Shown here: positions 38,168-47,761 of the stretch, one piece after another | Position numbering within the stretch: position 1 is the stretch's first letter | Layout of the letters: each line of letters starts with the position of its first letter | From: Candidatus Anaerobiospirillum merdipullorum | Lineage (GTDB): Bacteria; Pseudomonadota; Gammaproteobacteria; Enterobacterales; Succinivibrionaceae | Length of the DNA stretch: 64,000 nt | Assembly (NCBI GenBank): GCA_018883895.1 | Contig: JAHLFG010000028.1 | Location: 369-64,368 of the forward strand | Direction of reading: 5' to 3' | Program-made: the position numbers and the translations under genes | The notes under the pieces: generated by a model | Seen by the model: only the letters and a program-made list of their open reading frames with translations | Told to the model about the DNA's origin: nothing | Databases searched by the model: none

Positions 38168-38830
38168 TTAACGCCAGTTTGCGGAGGTGGCGATTTGCCT
38201 TTTGGCATGTTGCTCGCGATTTTCGGCCCGACTCTTATCGCCTTTCTTTAAAATGACATAGACCGAGCCAGTGCCACCCTTCCACTCCGGGGCACTATGA
38301 AAGGCTAGGACTTCTGGAATTTGCCGTAGCCAATGGGCTACATAGCTTTTAAGTAAGGCCTTACGCGGGCCCTTGCTTCCCTTACCATGAATGATGAGCA
38401 CACAACGAAATTCCTCGCGCTTGGCATGCTCTAAAAAGCGCATGACCAAGTTATAGGCTTGCTCGACGGTATTGCCGTGCAAGTCGATGTAATCGGCCTC
38501 CAAATACTCACCATTTTTCAGGCGCCGCAACACATAGGGTTGCACTCCTTCCCGGCGAAAAACCAAGACCTCATTGGGATCAACTTGCGGCACAAAGGCT
38601 GACGAGGCTTCAAGCTCAGCCTCTTTTTTATCAAGTACCGCCGCCTCTTGCCGCAATTTGGCCAAATCTTTATTCATCAGCTCTGTGCGCGTGGCGACTT
38701 TATCTTGCTTGACCGGTTTGATGTCCGCCATCGCCTGACTAAAGGAGAGATCTTTTTTCTCTGCCGCGGCCGCGGCTTCGGCTTGAAGTAAAGCGGCAAA
38801 ATCATCAAGTTTCGTTTTAGCGTCGGTCAT
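38168..38830 (-). CDS. Smr-domain protein (SmrB/YfcN-like endonuclease)
   Basis: C-terminal Smr domain: IDLHGNTVEQA......F...A.....RCVLIIHGKG...LKS.V..WL.Q...VLAFHSAP...GGTG.VYV.L. Confidence 0.8.
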   Translation of the reverse strand: MTDAKTKLDDFAALLQAEAAAAAEKKDLSFSQAMADIKPVKQDKVATRTELMNKDLAKLRQEAAVLDKKEAELEASSAFVPQVDPNEVLVFRREGVQPYVLRRLKNGEYLEADYIDLHGNTVEQAYNLVMRFLEHAKREEFRCVLIIHGKGSKGPRKALLKSYVAHWLRQIPEVLAFHSAPEWKGGTGSVYVILKKGDKSRAENREQHAKRQIATSANWR

Positions 38831-39373
38831 GGTAGTAGTGTCGTCAATCTTAAGTTTTATGGTGCGGGTGGAGTTTTAGGCAGGAAGATTTTTTTCTGCC
38901 AAATGTCAGCGCTATCTTAGCGATAAGGCATAGGCAAAGCAATAAAAAAGCACAAAAACACCGCTAAGTGCAGATGCCCTTTCCATCTTGCCCATGGACC
39001 AAGCTCGCCTACGTCTTAGGCGCTTAAATACTCAGGTAATACTAATATCCTAAGCCTGGGGATTGCCCTTAGTTGAGGCCATAAGATGGAGAGCATCACG
39101 CCCTTTTTTAATGGTTGCCCGAGTGTTTGGCGCGGGCTGCTGACTAACTGACGGTAGACATGCAGATTATGAAGTAGGGTGGATGCAAGTTAAGCAAATA
39201 AATGAGGATGAGGCTGACAAAAAGGCGCAAGTCTCGCGGCGCTAAGAGGAAAAAAGAATATATAACAGATAAATAATAATGCTAGGCAACAGTTAACAGC
39301 CAAGATAACAACGAGGCTTAAACTTGTATGGCATGTAGGCTAAATTACGCTTAATTGGGGATAAATTGTGCCA

Positions 39374-39392
39374 CCCCACCTCTAGGGTGGGG
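39374..39392 (-). terminator. Hairpin downstream of mtnN (possible terminator)
   Basis: CCCCACC-tctag-GGTGGGG, 37 nt past the mtnN stop. The T tract is modest. Confidence 0.4.
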
Positions 39393-39428
39393 CTGTCAAG
39401 CAGGGCTGCATGGGCACACCGGCCATTT

Positions 39429-40121
39429 TTAGAGGGCATTTAATAACGCACGCACAAAATTGGCACTTTTATGCGAGATTTCGCGGGAGAAGGTCTCATA
39501 GGACACAGCGCCATGATTGTCGGCACAATCTGAAATAGCGCGCACAATTAAAAATGGTACTTTAAAGTCGCTGGCAATTTGTGCGATAGCTGCACCTTCC
39601 ATTTCAACGGCTACACTATGGGGGAACTTGGCGGTTAAATCCGCGACCACGGTGTCACTGGAGACAAACTGATCGCCACTTAAAATCGTGCCTTCAAAGG
39701 GCGGTTTAAAGCCGGTTTTGGCAGCGGCACTACGGGCGGCCTGCAGTAATTTTTCATCGGCCACAAAGGTTGGCTCATGTCCCGGCACCTGGCCTAGTTG
39801 ATAGCCAAAGACCGTGGCATTGACATCATGTTGCACCGCCTGCAAGGACAGGGCCAAGTCGCCAACTTGCATACCCTGAGCAATGCCGCCGGCGGCGCCG
39901 GTATTGATAAGCCCGGTAAGGGGATAAAGCGCCAACATGGTAGCGGCGCAACTGCCGGCTGCTACCTTGCCGACACCACAACGGCAAATGACGACTTGCT
40001 TACTATCTAAGGTGCCCTGTACATAGCGATAGGGACCTACTTGCTGTTCACTTTTATGCTCTAAAGCCGCTTCAAGGAGTTCTACTTCTTCATCTAAAGC
40101 GCCGATGATTCCGTACATCAT
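39429..40121 (-). CDS. mtnN: 5'-methylthioadenosine/S-adenosylhomocysteine nucleosidase
   Basis: Collinear with E. coli Pfs (IIGA..EEV, G.GKVAA, VEMEGAAIAQ, VVRAISD.AD). The start was set to MMYGIIGA, which follows GGAGA. Confidence 0.92.
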   Translation of the reverse strand: MMYGIIGALDEEVELLEAALEHKSEQQVGPYRYVQGTLDSKQVVICRCGVGKVAAGSCAATMLALYPLTGLINTGAAGGIAQGMQVGDLALSLQAVQHDVNATVFGYQLGQVPGHEPTFVADEKLLQAARSAAAKTGFKPPFEGTILSGDQFVSSDTVVADLTAKFPHSVAVEMEGAAIAQIASDFKVPFLIVRAISDCADNHGAVSYETFSREISHKSANFVRALLNAL

Positions 40122-40470
40122 GCTCGCTATCTCCAATTTCAGGTAAGTTTTAAATTTAATCACATTATTCTAGCATTGCCGGCGTTATGCTTGGTTCTGC
40201 AGGAAGGGCAGGGGGGACTTATACGGGGCGAAATTTCATCATCAATTAACGAAAAATTTACGGATGAAGGTTGCCAAATGGCATTGCCATGCGGTTTTGC
40301 GTATCCAAAAAGTGGGATCTGTGCACATTTTTAATCGTCTTGCAGGCAAAAAGTTTGACCATAATCAAAAAATGAGCGCTTGTATGCGCGCAAAGCGGGT
40401 TGATTGTTCCACAATATGACTAGCTCAACGCATGATTAATTTTTTTGATGATTAGAAAATGAGGTGTTAA

Positions 40471-41793
40471 GTGGATAACGCTCGTGACGTTGCTAAACAA
40501 ACTTTAGCCTTAGTCTTAGCTGGCGGTCGTGGTAGCCGTCTGCGCATGTTAACGGATAGACGCGCCAAGCCGGCCGTGTTCTTTGGCGGTAAGTTTAGAA
40601 TTATTGACTTTGCTTTATCAAATTGCGTGAACTCTGGTATTACGCGTATCGGCGTGGTAACGCAGTACAAGTCTCACAGCTTGTTACGCCATTTACAGTC
40701 CGGCTGGTCCTTCCTGCGCAATCAGTTCAATGAATTTATTGACCTCTTACCGGCACAGCAGCGCGTTGATGAGGAGCACTGGTATCAGGGTACTGCTGAC
40801 GCGGTTTATCAGAATATCGACATTATTCGCAACCATCATCCGAAGTACATTGTTATTTTGGCCGGTGATCACATCTATAAGATGGACTATGCGATGTTAG
40901 TGCTTGATCATATCAAGCACGGCAAGCCGCTGACCATTGCTTGCATTCCGACCCCGCGCGCTGAGGCTACTGGTTACGGTGTAATGGCCGTAGATGGCGA
41001 TGGCCTTATCACTGACTTCGTTGAAAAGCCGAAGGATCCGCCGGCTATGCCGGGCAATCCGAATATGTCCTTGGCTTCGATGGGTATTTACTGCTTTGAT
41101 GCCGACTTCCTTTATGATGTGTTACAAAAGGATGCTGCTACTGAAGGCTCACATCGTGACTTTGGTATGGACATTATTCCGGCCTTAGTGAAGCAACGTT
41201 TAGCCCATGCGCACGACTTCTCCATTTCCTGCATCCGCAATCGCGGTTGCCCGGAGATTTGCTACTGGCGTGACGTCGGTACTATTGATGCTTACTGGGA
41301 AGCTAATATGGATATTGCTTCCGTACAGCCGCAATTGGACGTTTATGACACCAATTGGCCGATTTGGACCCATCAGGTGCAGATGCCGCCGGCAAAGTTC
41401 GTGCAGGACATCAACGGCACTTCTTCTATCGTCCGCAATGCTGTAACCTCCGCCGGTTGCATTGTGTCCGGCTCGTCGATTGTGCACTCCGTGCTCTTCT
41501 CGGCTGCACGTGTCCACTCCAACTGCTTCTTAACCGATGCCGTAGTCTTACCGTCTTGCGTCGTGCACCGTGGTTGCCGTCTGACTAAGGTCATCTTAGA
41601 CAGAGGTTGTGAGTTGCCGCGTGATCTCATCATTGGTGAGGATGCTGAGCTTGATGCCAAGCGCTTCTATCGCTCTGAAGGTGGTGTCGTCTTAGTCACC
41701 CGCGAGATGTTAAAGAAGCTCCGTGAAGACGAGCCTGAGCTCTTTAAGGATTTTGAGAGCTATCGTGGCGCCGCTTCGCCGCTTTATGTCTAA
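40471..41793 (+). CDS. glgC: Glucose-1-phosphate adenylyltransferase
   Basis: [53 protein letters not shown] start after GAGGTG. Confidence 0.95.
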   Translation: MDNARDVAKQTLALVLAGGRGSRLRMLTDRRAKPAVFFGGKFRIIDFALSNCVNSGITRIGVVTQYKSHSLLRHLQSGWSFLRNQFNEFIDLLPAQQRVDEEHWYQGTADAVYQNIDIIRNHHPKYIVILAGDHIYKMDYAMLVLDHIKHGKPLTIACIPTPRAEATGYGVMAVDGDGLITDFVEKPKDPPAMPGNPNMSLASMGIYCFDADFLYDVLQKDAATEGSHRDFGMDIIPALVKQRLAHAHDFSISCIRNRGCPEICYWRDVGTIDAYWEANMDIASVQPQLDVYDTNWPIWTHQVQMPPAKFVQDINGTSSIVRNAVTSAGCIVSGSSIVHSVLFSAARVHSNCFLTDAVVLPSCVVHRGCRLTKVILDRGCELPRDLIIGEDAELDAKRFYRSEGGVVLVTREMLKKLREDEPELFKDFESYRGAASPLYV

Positions 41794-43159
41794 AGACTAC
41801 ACTAACATCAGTTCTCAGCTGTTTTGCGCACAGCGTTTGACAGCTGAGGACCCCATCACGGATTTTTTGACTACTTCCCTGTCAGCTACTGACGGGGATT
41901 TTGGTTTAGAGCGTGATCATTTAAAAACCGTCCTTACCGCTCCGTTGCGTCGTCTGCAACATAAAACTCAAGTCTTTCCTTTAGATGTCACTAGCTCAGC
42001 GCGCAGTCGTTTGACCCATTCCTTAGAAACAGCCGAATACGCCAGACTCATCATCTTCTTTTTAGTGCGCCAAGCACCTGATTTTACCCCCTTTGAGCGG
42101 CAGATGACTTTGTGTGTCAGTACCGCCGCCTTATTGCATGATGTCGGCAATCCGCCCTTTGGCCATTTTGGCGAGGCAGTGATAAGACGTTTTTTACATG
42201 ATCTGTGTGCGCGTTGTGACAATATGCTTACCGATGCGCAGAAAATTGATCTTAAGGCATTTAATGGTAATGCGCAGGGCCTGCGCATTGTGCATAGCAT
42301 ACAGGGACTAAATTTAAGCTTAGGACAATTAGCATCCATGATTAAGGTGCCATTTACGGCACCGATGTTACAGCGCCGCGGCCTTGATCCCATTCACGCC
42401 GGAGTCTTTTTAAGTGAAAAGCAGGTCTTGACGGCGATAAATACTAAGTGGCCTTTGCGTCAGCGCCATCCTTTATCCTTGGTAATGGAACTTGCCGACG
42501 ATGTGGCCTATAGCTTGGCAGATCTTGAGGATGCGGCCGATAAGGGGTTGGTACCAGCCGATAGTCTGTTACAGCTCCTTGAGAAGTTAAGCGTGCTCTG
42601 CAAGGTGGATTTAAGCGCTTTTGTGCCTTCGCGTCAGGCCTTCTTTCGGGCCTTTGCCACTAGTCGTCGCACGGTCTTAAATGCTTTGCGCGAGGTCTTG
42701 GGAGCTTTGTATGTCAAGCAATGTGCACAAGCGTTGGGGCAAAATGCAGCGACCTGGTTAACCCAAGGCACGATTGATCTCAGTGCGCTCCCGGCCTGTC
42801 AGGCGGTGCAGGAATTAAAGCGCTTTGAGATGCGTTATGTCTATGCCGCAAGTGAGGTGGAAAGCTTGGAGCTTACTGGTGCGGCGTACCTACAGTATTT
42901 GCTACATGCCTATGGGCAAATGACGCAAGTGCCTTATCATGAATTTGCCCGCATTATCGCCGGAAGTGGCGGCGATCCGTATCTATTAAGGCTCTGTCAT
43001 CGCATATCTCGGCGGCATTTGCAGGCCTATCAAGTAAGTGTGCGTCAAGATCCTGCAAGTGAATTATATGCGCGTATTCGCCTGATTTTAGACTATATCT
43101 CGGGGATGACTGATACCTATGCCGGGGCGGAATATCGCTTGTTGTCTGCCGGCAGCTAA
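41786..43159 (+). CDS. dgt: dGTP triphosphohydrolase-family HD protein
   Basis: SRLTHSLE.A...R and [15 protein letters not shown] motifs, with the C-terminal [10 protein letters not shown]. The ATG overlaps the glgC stop by 8 nt. Confidence 0.85.
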   Translation: MSKDYTNISSQLFCAQRLTAEDPITDFLTTSLSATDGDFGLERDHLKTVLTAPLRRLQHKTQVFPLDVTSSARSRLTHSLETAEYARLIIFFLVRQAPDFTPFERQMTLCVSTAALLHDVGNPPFGHFGEAVIRRFLHDLCARCDNMLTDAQKIDLKAFNGNAQGLRIVHSIQGLNLSLGQLASMIKVPFTAPMLQRRGLDPIHAGVFLSEKQVLTAINTKWPLRQRHPLSLVMELADDVAYSLADLEDAADKGLVPADSLLQLLEKLSVLCKVDLSAFVPSRQAFFRAFATSRRTVLNALREVLGALYVKQCAQALGQNAATWLTQGTIDLSALPACQAVQELKRFEMRYVYAASEVESLELTGAAYLQYLLHAYGQMTQVPYHEFARIIAGSGGDPYLLRLCHRISRRHLQAYQVSVRQDPASELYARIRLILDYISGMTDTYAGAEYRLLSAGS

Positions 43160-43266
43160 GGGGCAGTTTAGGTCTGAAATCTGCTTGTTCTCACAAAAAA
43201 AGCGCGGTTTTAGGCTATAATTTCACTATTTTGTGGTTTTTTAGCAGATAAAGAAAGAAGACATAT

Positions 43267-44430
43267 ATGGCAGATACCATGGAAGTGCAGTCGTTGCCGT
43301 GTAGCAGCGCCGATCCCTTTTTTGATGATATTCGTCCGTGTAACGATGGCGAGGTAAGGGGGGAGCTGTATAAAATATGTCATGATCAAGAGTTGCTACA
43401 AGGGATCATTAATTTCCGTTACCCCTTGCTCTCAAAGATGTGTCCCTTCATCTTAAAGCCCCTCGTACGCAAGTATTTAAGTAGTCGTACCGAGCACATC
43501 CATACCATTGCCGATTTTCAGAAAAAAGTAGCTGACTTTATGCAGCATACTATTGCCACCACCACCGATGGGGTGACCTTTGAGGGCTTTGACAAGCTAG
43601 ATAAGAGTAAGGGTTATCTCTTTATTTCCAATCACCGCGATATTTCTTTAGATCCGGCCTTTGTGGACTATGCGCTTTATTTGCAGGGTATGAATACCGT
43701 GCGTATTGCCATCGGCGACAATTTGCTCAAAAGCCAGGGTGCTACGTCCCTCATGCGACTTAACAAAAGTTTTATCGTGCAACGCTCGATTGAAAGCCCG
43801 CGCGGTAAATTACAAGCTTTAACTAAGCTGTCGCAATATATTGGTCTGTCCATTAACGAAGGACAGTCAGTGTGGATTGCACAACGTGAAGGGCGAGCTA
43901 AGGATGGTGATGATCGTACCGAAGTGTCGCTACTTAAGATGTTTCATTTGCGCGGGCGTAAGCTCAAGCTTAACTTTAAGGACTATATTGGCACCCTCAA
44001 CTTAGTGCCGGTGGCTATTTCTTATGAGTACGATCCGGGGGATTTAAGCAAGGCCCGGGAATTAGATGAACGCGCCCGCAATAATGGCGCTTATCGCAAG
44101 GGTAAGATGGAAGATCTCTTAAGTATTGTGGGCGGCATTAAGGGATATAAGGGGCGCATTAAGCTGGTGGCAGGTGATCCGTTGCGCGAGGGCTTTGAGA
44201 CTCCCGAGGAGCTGGCCTCCCTGATTGATAACTTTATCTGGACGCATTATGAAATTTATCCAACAAGCTTAATTGCCGCCGGGGTCGAAGCTGGGGTTAG
44301 TAACGAGGCGCGGGAGAAATTTATGGCGCGCATTAATTCCTATCCTGAGCAATTACGTGCCCGGGTACTGGCGATGTATGCCAAACCCTATTTAAACCGC
44401 CAGGAGGCCTTAAAAAGCACCGGACAGTGA
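43267..44430 (+). CDS. PlsC-superfamily phospholipid/glycerol acyltransferase (long form)
   Basis: HX4D acyltransferase motif in FISNHRDISLDPAF, followed by RIAIGDNL and a later ...AQREGRAKDGDD block. Confidence 0.6.
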   Translation: MADTMEVQSLPCSSADPFFDDIRPCNDGEVRGELYKICHDQELLQGIINFRYPLLSKMCPFILKPLVRKYLSSRTEHIHTIADFQKKVADFMQHTIATTTDGVTFEGFDKLDKSKGYLFISNHRDISLDPAFVDYALYLQGMNTVRIAIGDNLLKSQGATSLMRLNKSFIVQRSIESPRGKLQALTKLSQYIGLSINEGQSVWIAQREGRAKDGDDRTEVSLLKMFHLRGRKLKLNFKDYIGTLNLVPVAISYEYDPGDLSKARELDERARNNGAYRKGKMEDLLSIVGGIKGYKGRIKLVAGDPLREGFETPEELASLIDNFIWTHYEIYPTSLIAAGVEAGVSNEAREKFMARINSYPEQLRARVLAMYAKPYLNRQEALKSTGQ

Positions 44431-44459
44431 TAAGATAAAGCTTATCGATATCTCTTTGA

Positions 44460-45137
44460 GTGAAACAATTGATGCACAAATTTAATTTACTGCGCAATGA
44501 AGATGGCTCGATCTCTTATTTTCGGGCCACGTGCTTGATTATTGTCGCCCTTTGCATGGTGCTTTATGCGCTCCTTGACCATACCTCTGCAGGCACGCAA
44601 GATGGTGCTGCCGCGACTGAAGGGGAGAAAACTTCGGCTTTAAATGCCGTCTTTGAAAATAAGGCTGAACAAGAGGCCAAGCTACGCTTGCAACGACGGC
44701 AAGAGGCTTTAGCGGAATTGGATGATGGGCGACACTTTCTGACTACCTGTGGCAATATCAACGCCGGCTTTGAGGGTTGTCGCTTTGAATTTTCGCCCCA
44801 GATTTTGCAGTTTTATGATGCGGCAGTAGAGGCCGCCGATGATGGTTTTTCCTTAATGCTTACTGCCAAGGGCGATCAGGCAGCTGACTTGTGTGTCACC
44901 TTAGGCGCAGACAGCCAAGGACCAGTCTATGCCCTAGATAAGCAAGGCAAAAGACGCGAGGAATGCGTGCCGCAGGAAATGCGCACGGCTGATTTAAGTG
45001 CGTTGCATCGGCGCATCGATGAAATTGTGCCGCAAGTGGCTCCCTCGGGACGCAGTCCTATCGTAACGCGCACCGCGCAACGTGAGGGCAACACTACAGA
45101 TTTCCAATCTTTAAACACTGACAATCGGAAGATTTAA
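44460..45137 (+). CDS. Hypothetical membrane-anchored protein
   Basis: One N-terminal TM (CLIIVALCMVLYALL). The C-terminal half (GFSLMLTAKGDQAADLCVTLGADSQG...C) is faintly reminiscent of a type IV pilin C-terminal domain, but there is no prepilin leader. The GTG start is uncertain; an alternative ATG lies at 44472. Confidence 0.4.
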   Translation: MKQLMHKFNLLRNEDGSISYFRATCLIIVALCMVLYALLDHTSAGTQDGAAATEGEKTSALNAVFENKAEQEAKLRLQRRQEALAELDDGRHFLTTCGNINAGFEGCRFEFSPQILQFYDAAVEAADDGFSLMLTAKGDQAADLCVTLGADSQGPVYALDKQGKRREECVPQEMRTADLSALHRRIDEIVPQVAPSGRSPIVTRTAQREGNTTDFQSLNTDNRKI

Positions 45138-45139
45138 GC

Positions 45140-45823
45140 ATGAAAATTTCACGAGATACTGTGGCCACGGTGGCCTTTACGGTGACGGATGAGCAGGGTA
45201 AAGTTGTCGGGCGCACCGATCCTAAGCACCCGGTACAGGTTTTAGTGGGACATGACACCTTAGTACGCGGCTTAGAAAAAGCTATTGATGGCCATGAAAA
45301 GGGCGATAGCTTTACTGTGACTTTAAATCCGGCCGATGCCTATGGCGTGATTGATGCAGCCTTAGTGCAGACCGTAGATAGAGCCATGTTTGGCGATTTC
45401 CCGTTGGAAGTGGGCGCCGTCTTTGAGGCTGAAACTGCCGCAGGACGCATTGGCGTGGTGGTAAAAGAGATTACCGACACTCAGGTGGTGGTGGATGGCA
45501 ATCATCCGCTAGCCGGCAAGACCTTAACTTTCTTAGTAAGTATTGAGGATGTGCGTGCCGCTACCGCCGAAGAAAAAGCCCATGGCCATGTGCACCCTGA
45601 TGGGCATTGCCCGAGTGAAGAGGGGCATGAGCATCATTGCTGTTGCCACCACCATCATGACGATGAAGACGGCGAGCATCATTGTGGCTGTCATCATCAT
45701 GACGATGAAGACGGTGAGCATCATTGCTGCCATCACCATGACGATGAAGATGGTGAGCATCATTGCTGCCATCATCACGATGACGCTGCAGGCGAGCATC
45801 ACTGCCACTGCCACGATAAGTAA
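45140..45823 (+). CDS. slyD: FKBP-type peptidyl-prolyl isomerase/metallochaperone SlyD with a repeated His/Cys/Asp-rich tail
   Basis: Residues 1 to about 150 are collinear with E. coli SlyD (...VVDGNHPLAGKTL.F.V....VR.AT.EE.AHGHVH). The tail is CCCHHHHDDEDGEHHCGCHHHDDEDGEHHCCHHHDDEDGEHHCCHHHDDAAGEHHCHCH. Confidence 0.92.
   Translation: MKISRDTVATVAFTVTDEQGKVVGRTDPKHPVQVLVGHDTLVRGLEKAIDGHEKGDSFTVTLNPADAYGVIDAALVQTVDRAMFGDFPLEVGAVFEAETAAGRIGVVVKEITDTQVVVDGNHPLAGKTLTFLVSIEDVRAATAEEKAHGHVHPDGHCPSEEGHEHHCCCHHHHDDEDGEHHCGCHHHDDEDGEHHCCHHHDDEDGEHHCCHHHDDAAGEHHCHCHDK
45648..45815 (+). repeat. Four tandem 39-42-nt coding repeats in the slyD tail
   Basis: GACGATGAAGA(C/T)GG(C/T)GAGCATCATTG... recurs starting at 45659, 45701 and 45740, with a diverged fourth copy near 45776. 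Confidence 0.8.
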
Positions 45824-45848
45824 GAACGCTTTGTAGGGCGTATCTAGG

Positions 45849-45873
45849 ATGGGGGCGCAAAGCCCCCATTTTC
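45849..45873 (+). terminator. Rho-independent terminator of slyD
   Basis: ATGGGGGC-gcaaa-GCCCCCAT followed by TTTT. Confidence 0.75.
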
Positions 45874-45903
45874 CGCCATTTGCCTTAGTTTTTATTGTTA
45901 TTT

Positions 45904-47373
45904 ATGAAATTTATTGTCCGTCTCTTTCCTGAAATTTCAATTAAAAGCCGTCCGGTACGCAATCGCATGATTGCGCAACTGCAACAGAACATTATCAATG
46001 CTGCTTTGCACCATAATCTTACTTTGCATGTCTTCAGTCAGTGGGATAAGCAATTTGTGCGCTGTGCCGATGAGGATAGAGCGCGGGCGATTACTCAGTT
46101 AAGCCGCATTCCGGGCATTCACTCCTTTCAGGCCGTCACCGAATTTCCGTTCCAAAATTTTGATGATATTTTTGCCGGTTGTCGTGAGATCTTAGGCCCG
46201 CGGATTGCCGATAAGACTTTTGCTTTGCGCGTACGGCGGCGGGGTAAACACAGCTTTACCTCACAGCAGGCTGAGCGCATCTTAGGCGGCATGTTCAAAG
46301 CTCATTACCCCAATCGCGGAGTCAATCTCTCCCATCCGGAGGTGACCTTAAATATTGAGATAGACCAAGATACGGCCTTTGTAATTGAAGAGAGCTTCAA
46401 GGGTTTAGGCGGTTTCCCGATTGGCCCACAAGGTGAGGTCATGAGTTTACTGTCAGGCGGTTTTGACAGTGGCGTCTCCACCTATGAGGCCATTCGCCGC
46501 GGTTTACGCGTGCATTATTTATTCTTTAACATGGGAGGTACTGCCCATGAGTTGGGAGTAAAGCAAGAGGCTTACTTTCTGTGGGATCGCTATGCCTCCT
46601 CTCATCGCGTCAAGTTCACCACCGTCCCCTTTGAACAGGTGGTGGGGCAAATCTTAGAACGGGTCCATCATGGCGTGCGCGGCGTGATTTTAAAGCGCAT
46701 GATGGTCAAAGTGGGCTCACGTTTATGTCAGAAATATGATGCGCAGGCTTTAGTCACCGGCGAGAGTGTGGCACAGGTTTCATCGCAAACCTTGATAAAT
46801 TTGGGGCATATCGATGCGGCAAGTGAGGTCTTAGTCTTACGTCCCCTGTCATTTTGTGACAAGCAAGAAATTATCGATAAAGCCACCGCCATCGGTACGG
46901 CCGGTTTTGCCGAAACTATGCCTGAGTATTGTGGTGTCATCTCCGATCATCCCAATGTCTGTCCGCGTCGCAGTTTTGTGGAAGAAGAGGAAGCTAAGCT
47001 TGATGCCGATTTGGTAGAAAAAACTCTTGCCTTGGTACGTACAGTGGATATACGCGATATCCCGGAGGATACTAATCGCCTAGCTGAGGAAGTGGAAATT
47101 GAGCATGAGCTCCAACCTCATGAAGTGGTACTTGATGTGCGCTCGCCGGACGATGCGGCTAAGGCGCCGTTAGTACTTGAGGGGCATAGCGTAATTTGCA
47201 TGCCTTTTTACCGTACGGCCAGCGATTTTGGGCAATTAGATAAGATGAAGACCTATGCGCTCTATTGCGATCAGGGCGTGATGTCGCTGATGCAGGCGCG
47301 TCAATTAAAGGAAATGGGTCATCACAATGTTAAAGTGTGGCGTCCGCAAGCTAAGACGTCAGCAAAAGAGTAA
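45904..47373 (+). CDS. thiI: tRNA 4-thiouridine synthase ThiI (with C-terminal rhodanese domain)
   Basis: MKFIVRLFPEISIKS.PVR, the PP-loop SGGFDSGV, and a C-terminal rhodanese-like segment containing C..G. The start was moved to MKFIV. Confidence 0.95.
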   Translation: MKFIVRLFPEISIKSRPVRNRMIAQLQQNIINAALHHNLTLHVFSQWDKQFVRCADEDRARAITQLSRIPGIHSFQAVTEFPFQNFDDIFAGCREILGPRIADKTFALRVRRRGKHSFTSQQAERILGGMFKAHYPNRGVNLSHPEVTLNIEIDQDTAFVIEESFKGLGGFPIGPQGEVMSLLSGGFDSGVSTYEAIRRGLRVHYLFFNMGGTAHELGVKQEAYFLWDRYASSHRVKFTTVPFEQVVGQILERVHHGVRGVILKRMMVKVGSRLCQKYDAQALVTGESVAQVSSQTLINLGHIDAASEVLVLRPLSFCDKQEIIDKATAIGTAGFAETMPEYCGVISDHPNVCPRRSFVEEEEAKLDADLVEKTLALVRTVDIRDIPEDTNRLAEEVEIEHELQPHEVVLDVRSPDDAAKAPLVLEGHSVICMPFYRTASDFGQLDKMKTYALYCDQGVMSLMQARQLKEMGHHNVKVWRPQAKTSAKE

Positions 47374-47380
47374 AGTGATT

Positions 47381-47761
47381 ATGAAAATAAGCATCTGGTG
47401 GTCGGCTCTGCCGGCTGTAATCTTAAGTGCCTGCTCGTCCGTGAGCGTGGATTCTAATTTAAATCCGCACAATTTTAGCGAGTATTTCAAAGCATCTACG
47501 GTTGAAACCGTTAGCTATGCCGATTTGGCAAAGCAAACTTATGCGCTCTTAGGGCGGACTCATGGTTTGTCTTGTCAGCGCGATAGCGATGATTTTCCGG
47601 CCAATGAAAGCGATGCCCGTACGGATTTGAAGCGTAAGGCCGCTGACATGGGCGCAAATGCCTTGGTGATCCATAAATGTGTGCGCGCTCAAGATACCGG
47701 CGCCTGCGCCCTGTCGGTGACCTGCTATGGCGATGCCATCTATGTCCCAGAAGAGCAATGA
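47381..47761 (+). CDS. rcsF: RcsF-like outer-membrane lipoprotein
   Basis: Lipobox LSAC. The C-terminal domain aligns with E. coli RcsF, including all four Cys (G..SCQ.....P....AR......A...GANA...H.C.......C.....C.G.A). It lies directly upstream of tsaA, as in E. coli. Confidence 0.65.
   Translation: MKISIWWSALPAVILSACSSVSVDSNLNPHNFSEYFKASTVETVSYADLAKQTYALLGRTHGLSCQRDSDDFPANESDARTDLKRKAADMGANALVIHKCVRAQDTGACALSVTCYGDAIYVPEEQ

Noticed and set aside
38831-39428. CsrB/CsrC-like GGA-rich sRNA in the long non-coding gap
   Set aside because: I counted 8 GGA triplets in about 600 nt on the plus strand, which is about the random expectation. There are no repeated CAGGAUG hairpin-loop motifs, and no clear terminator closes such an RNA.
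45533-45869. Three ORFs overlapping the slyD tail (45533-45814 minus, 45543-45836 plus, 45561-45869 minus)
   Set aside because: They are alternative-frame or antisense readings of the 39-42-nt tandem repeat. The SlyD frame is supported by homology through the FKBP/IF domains.
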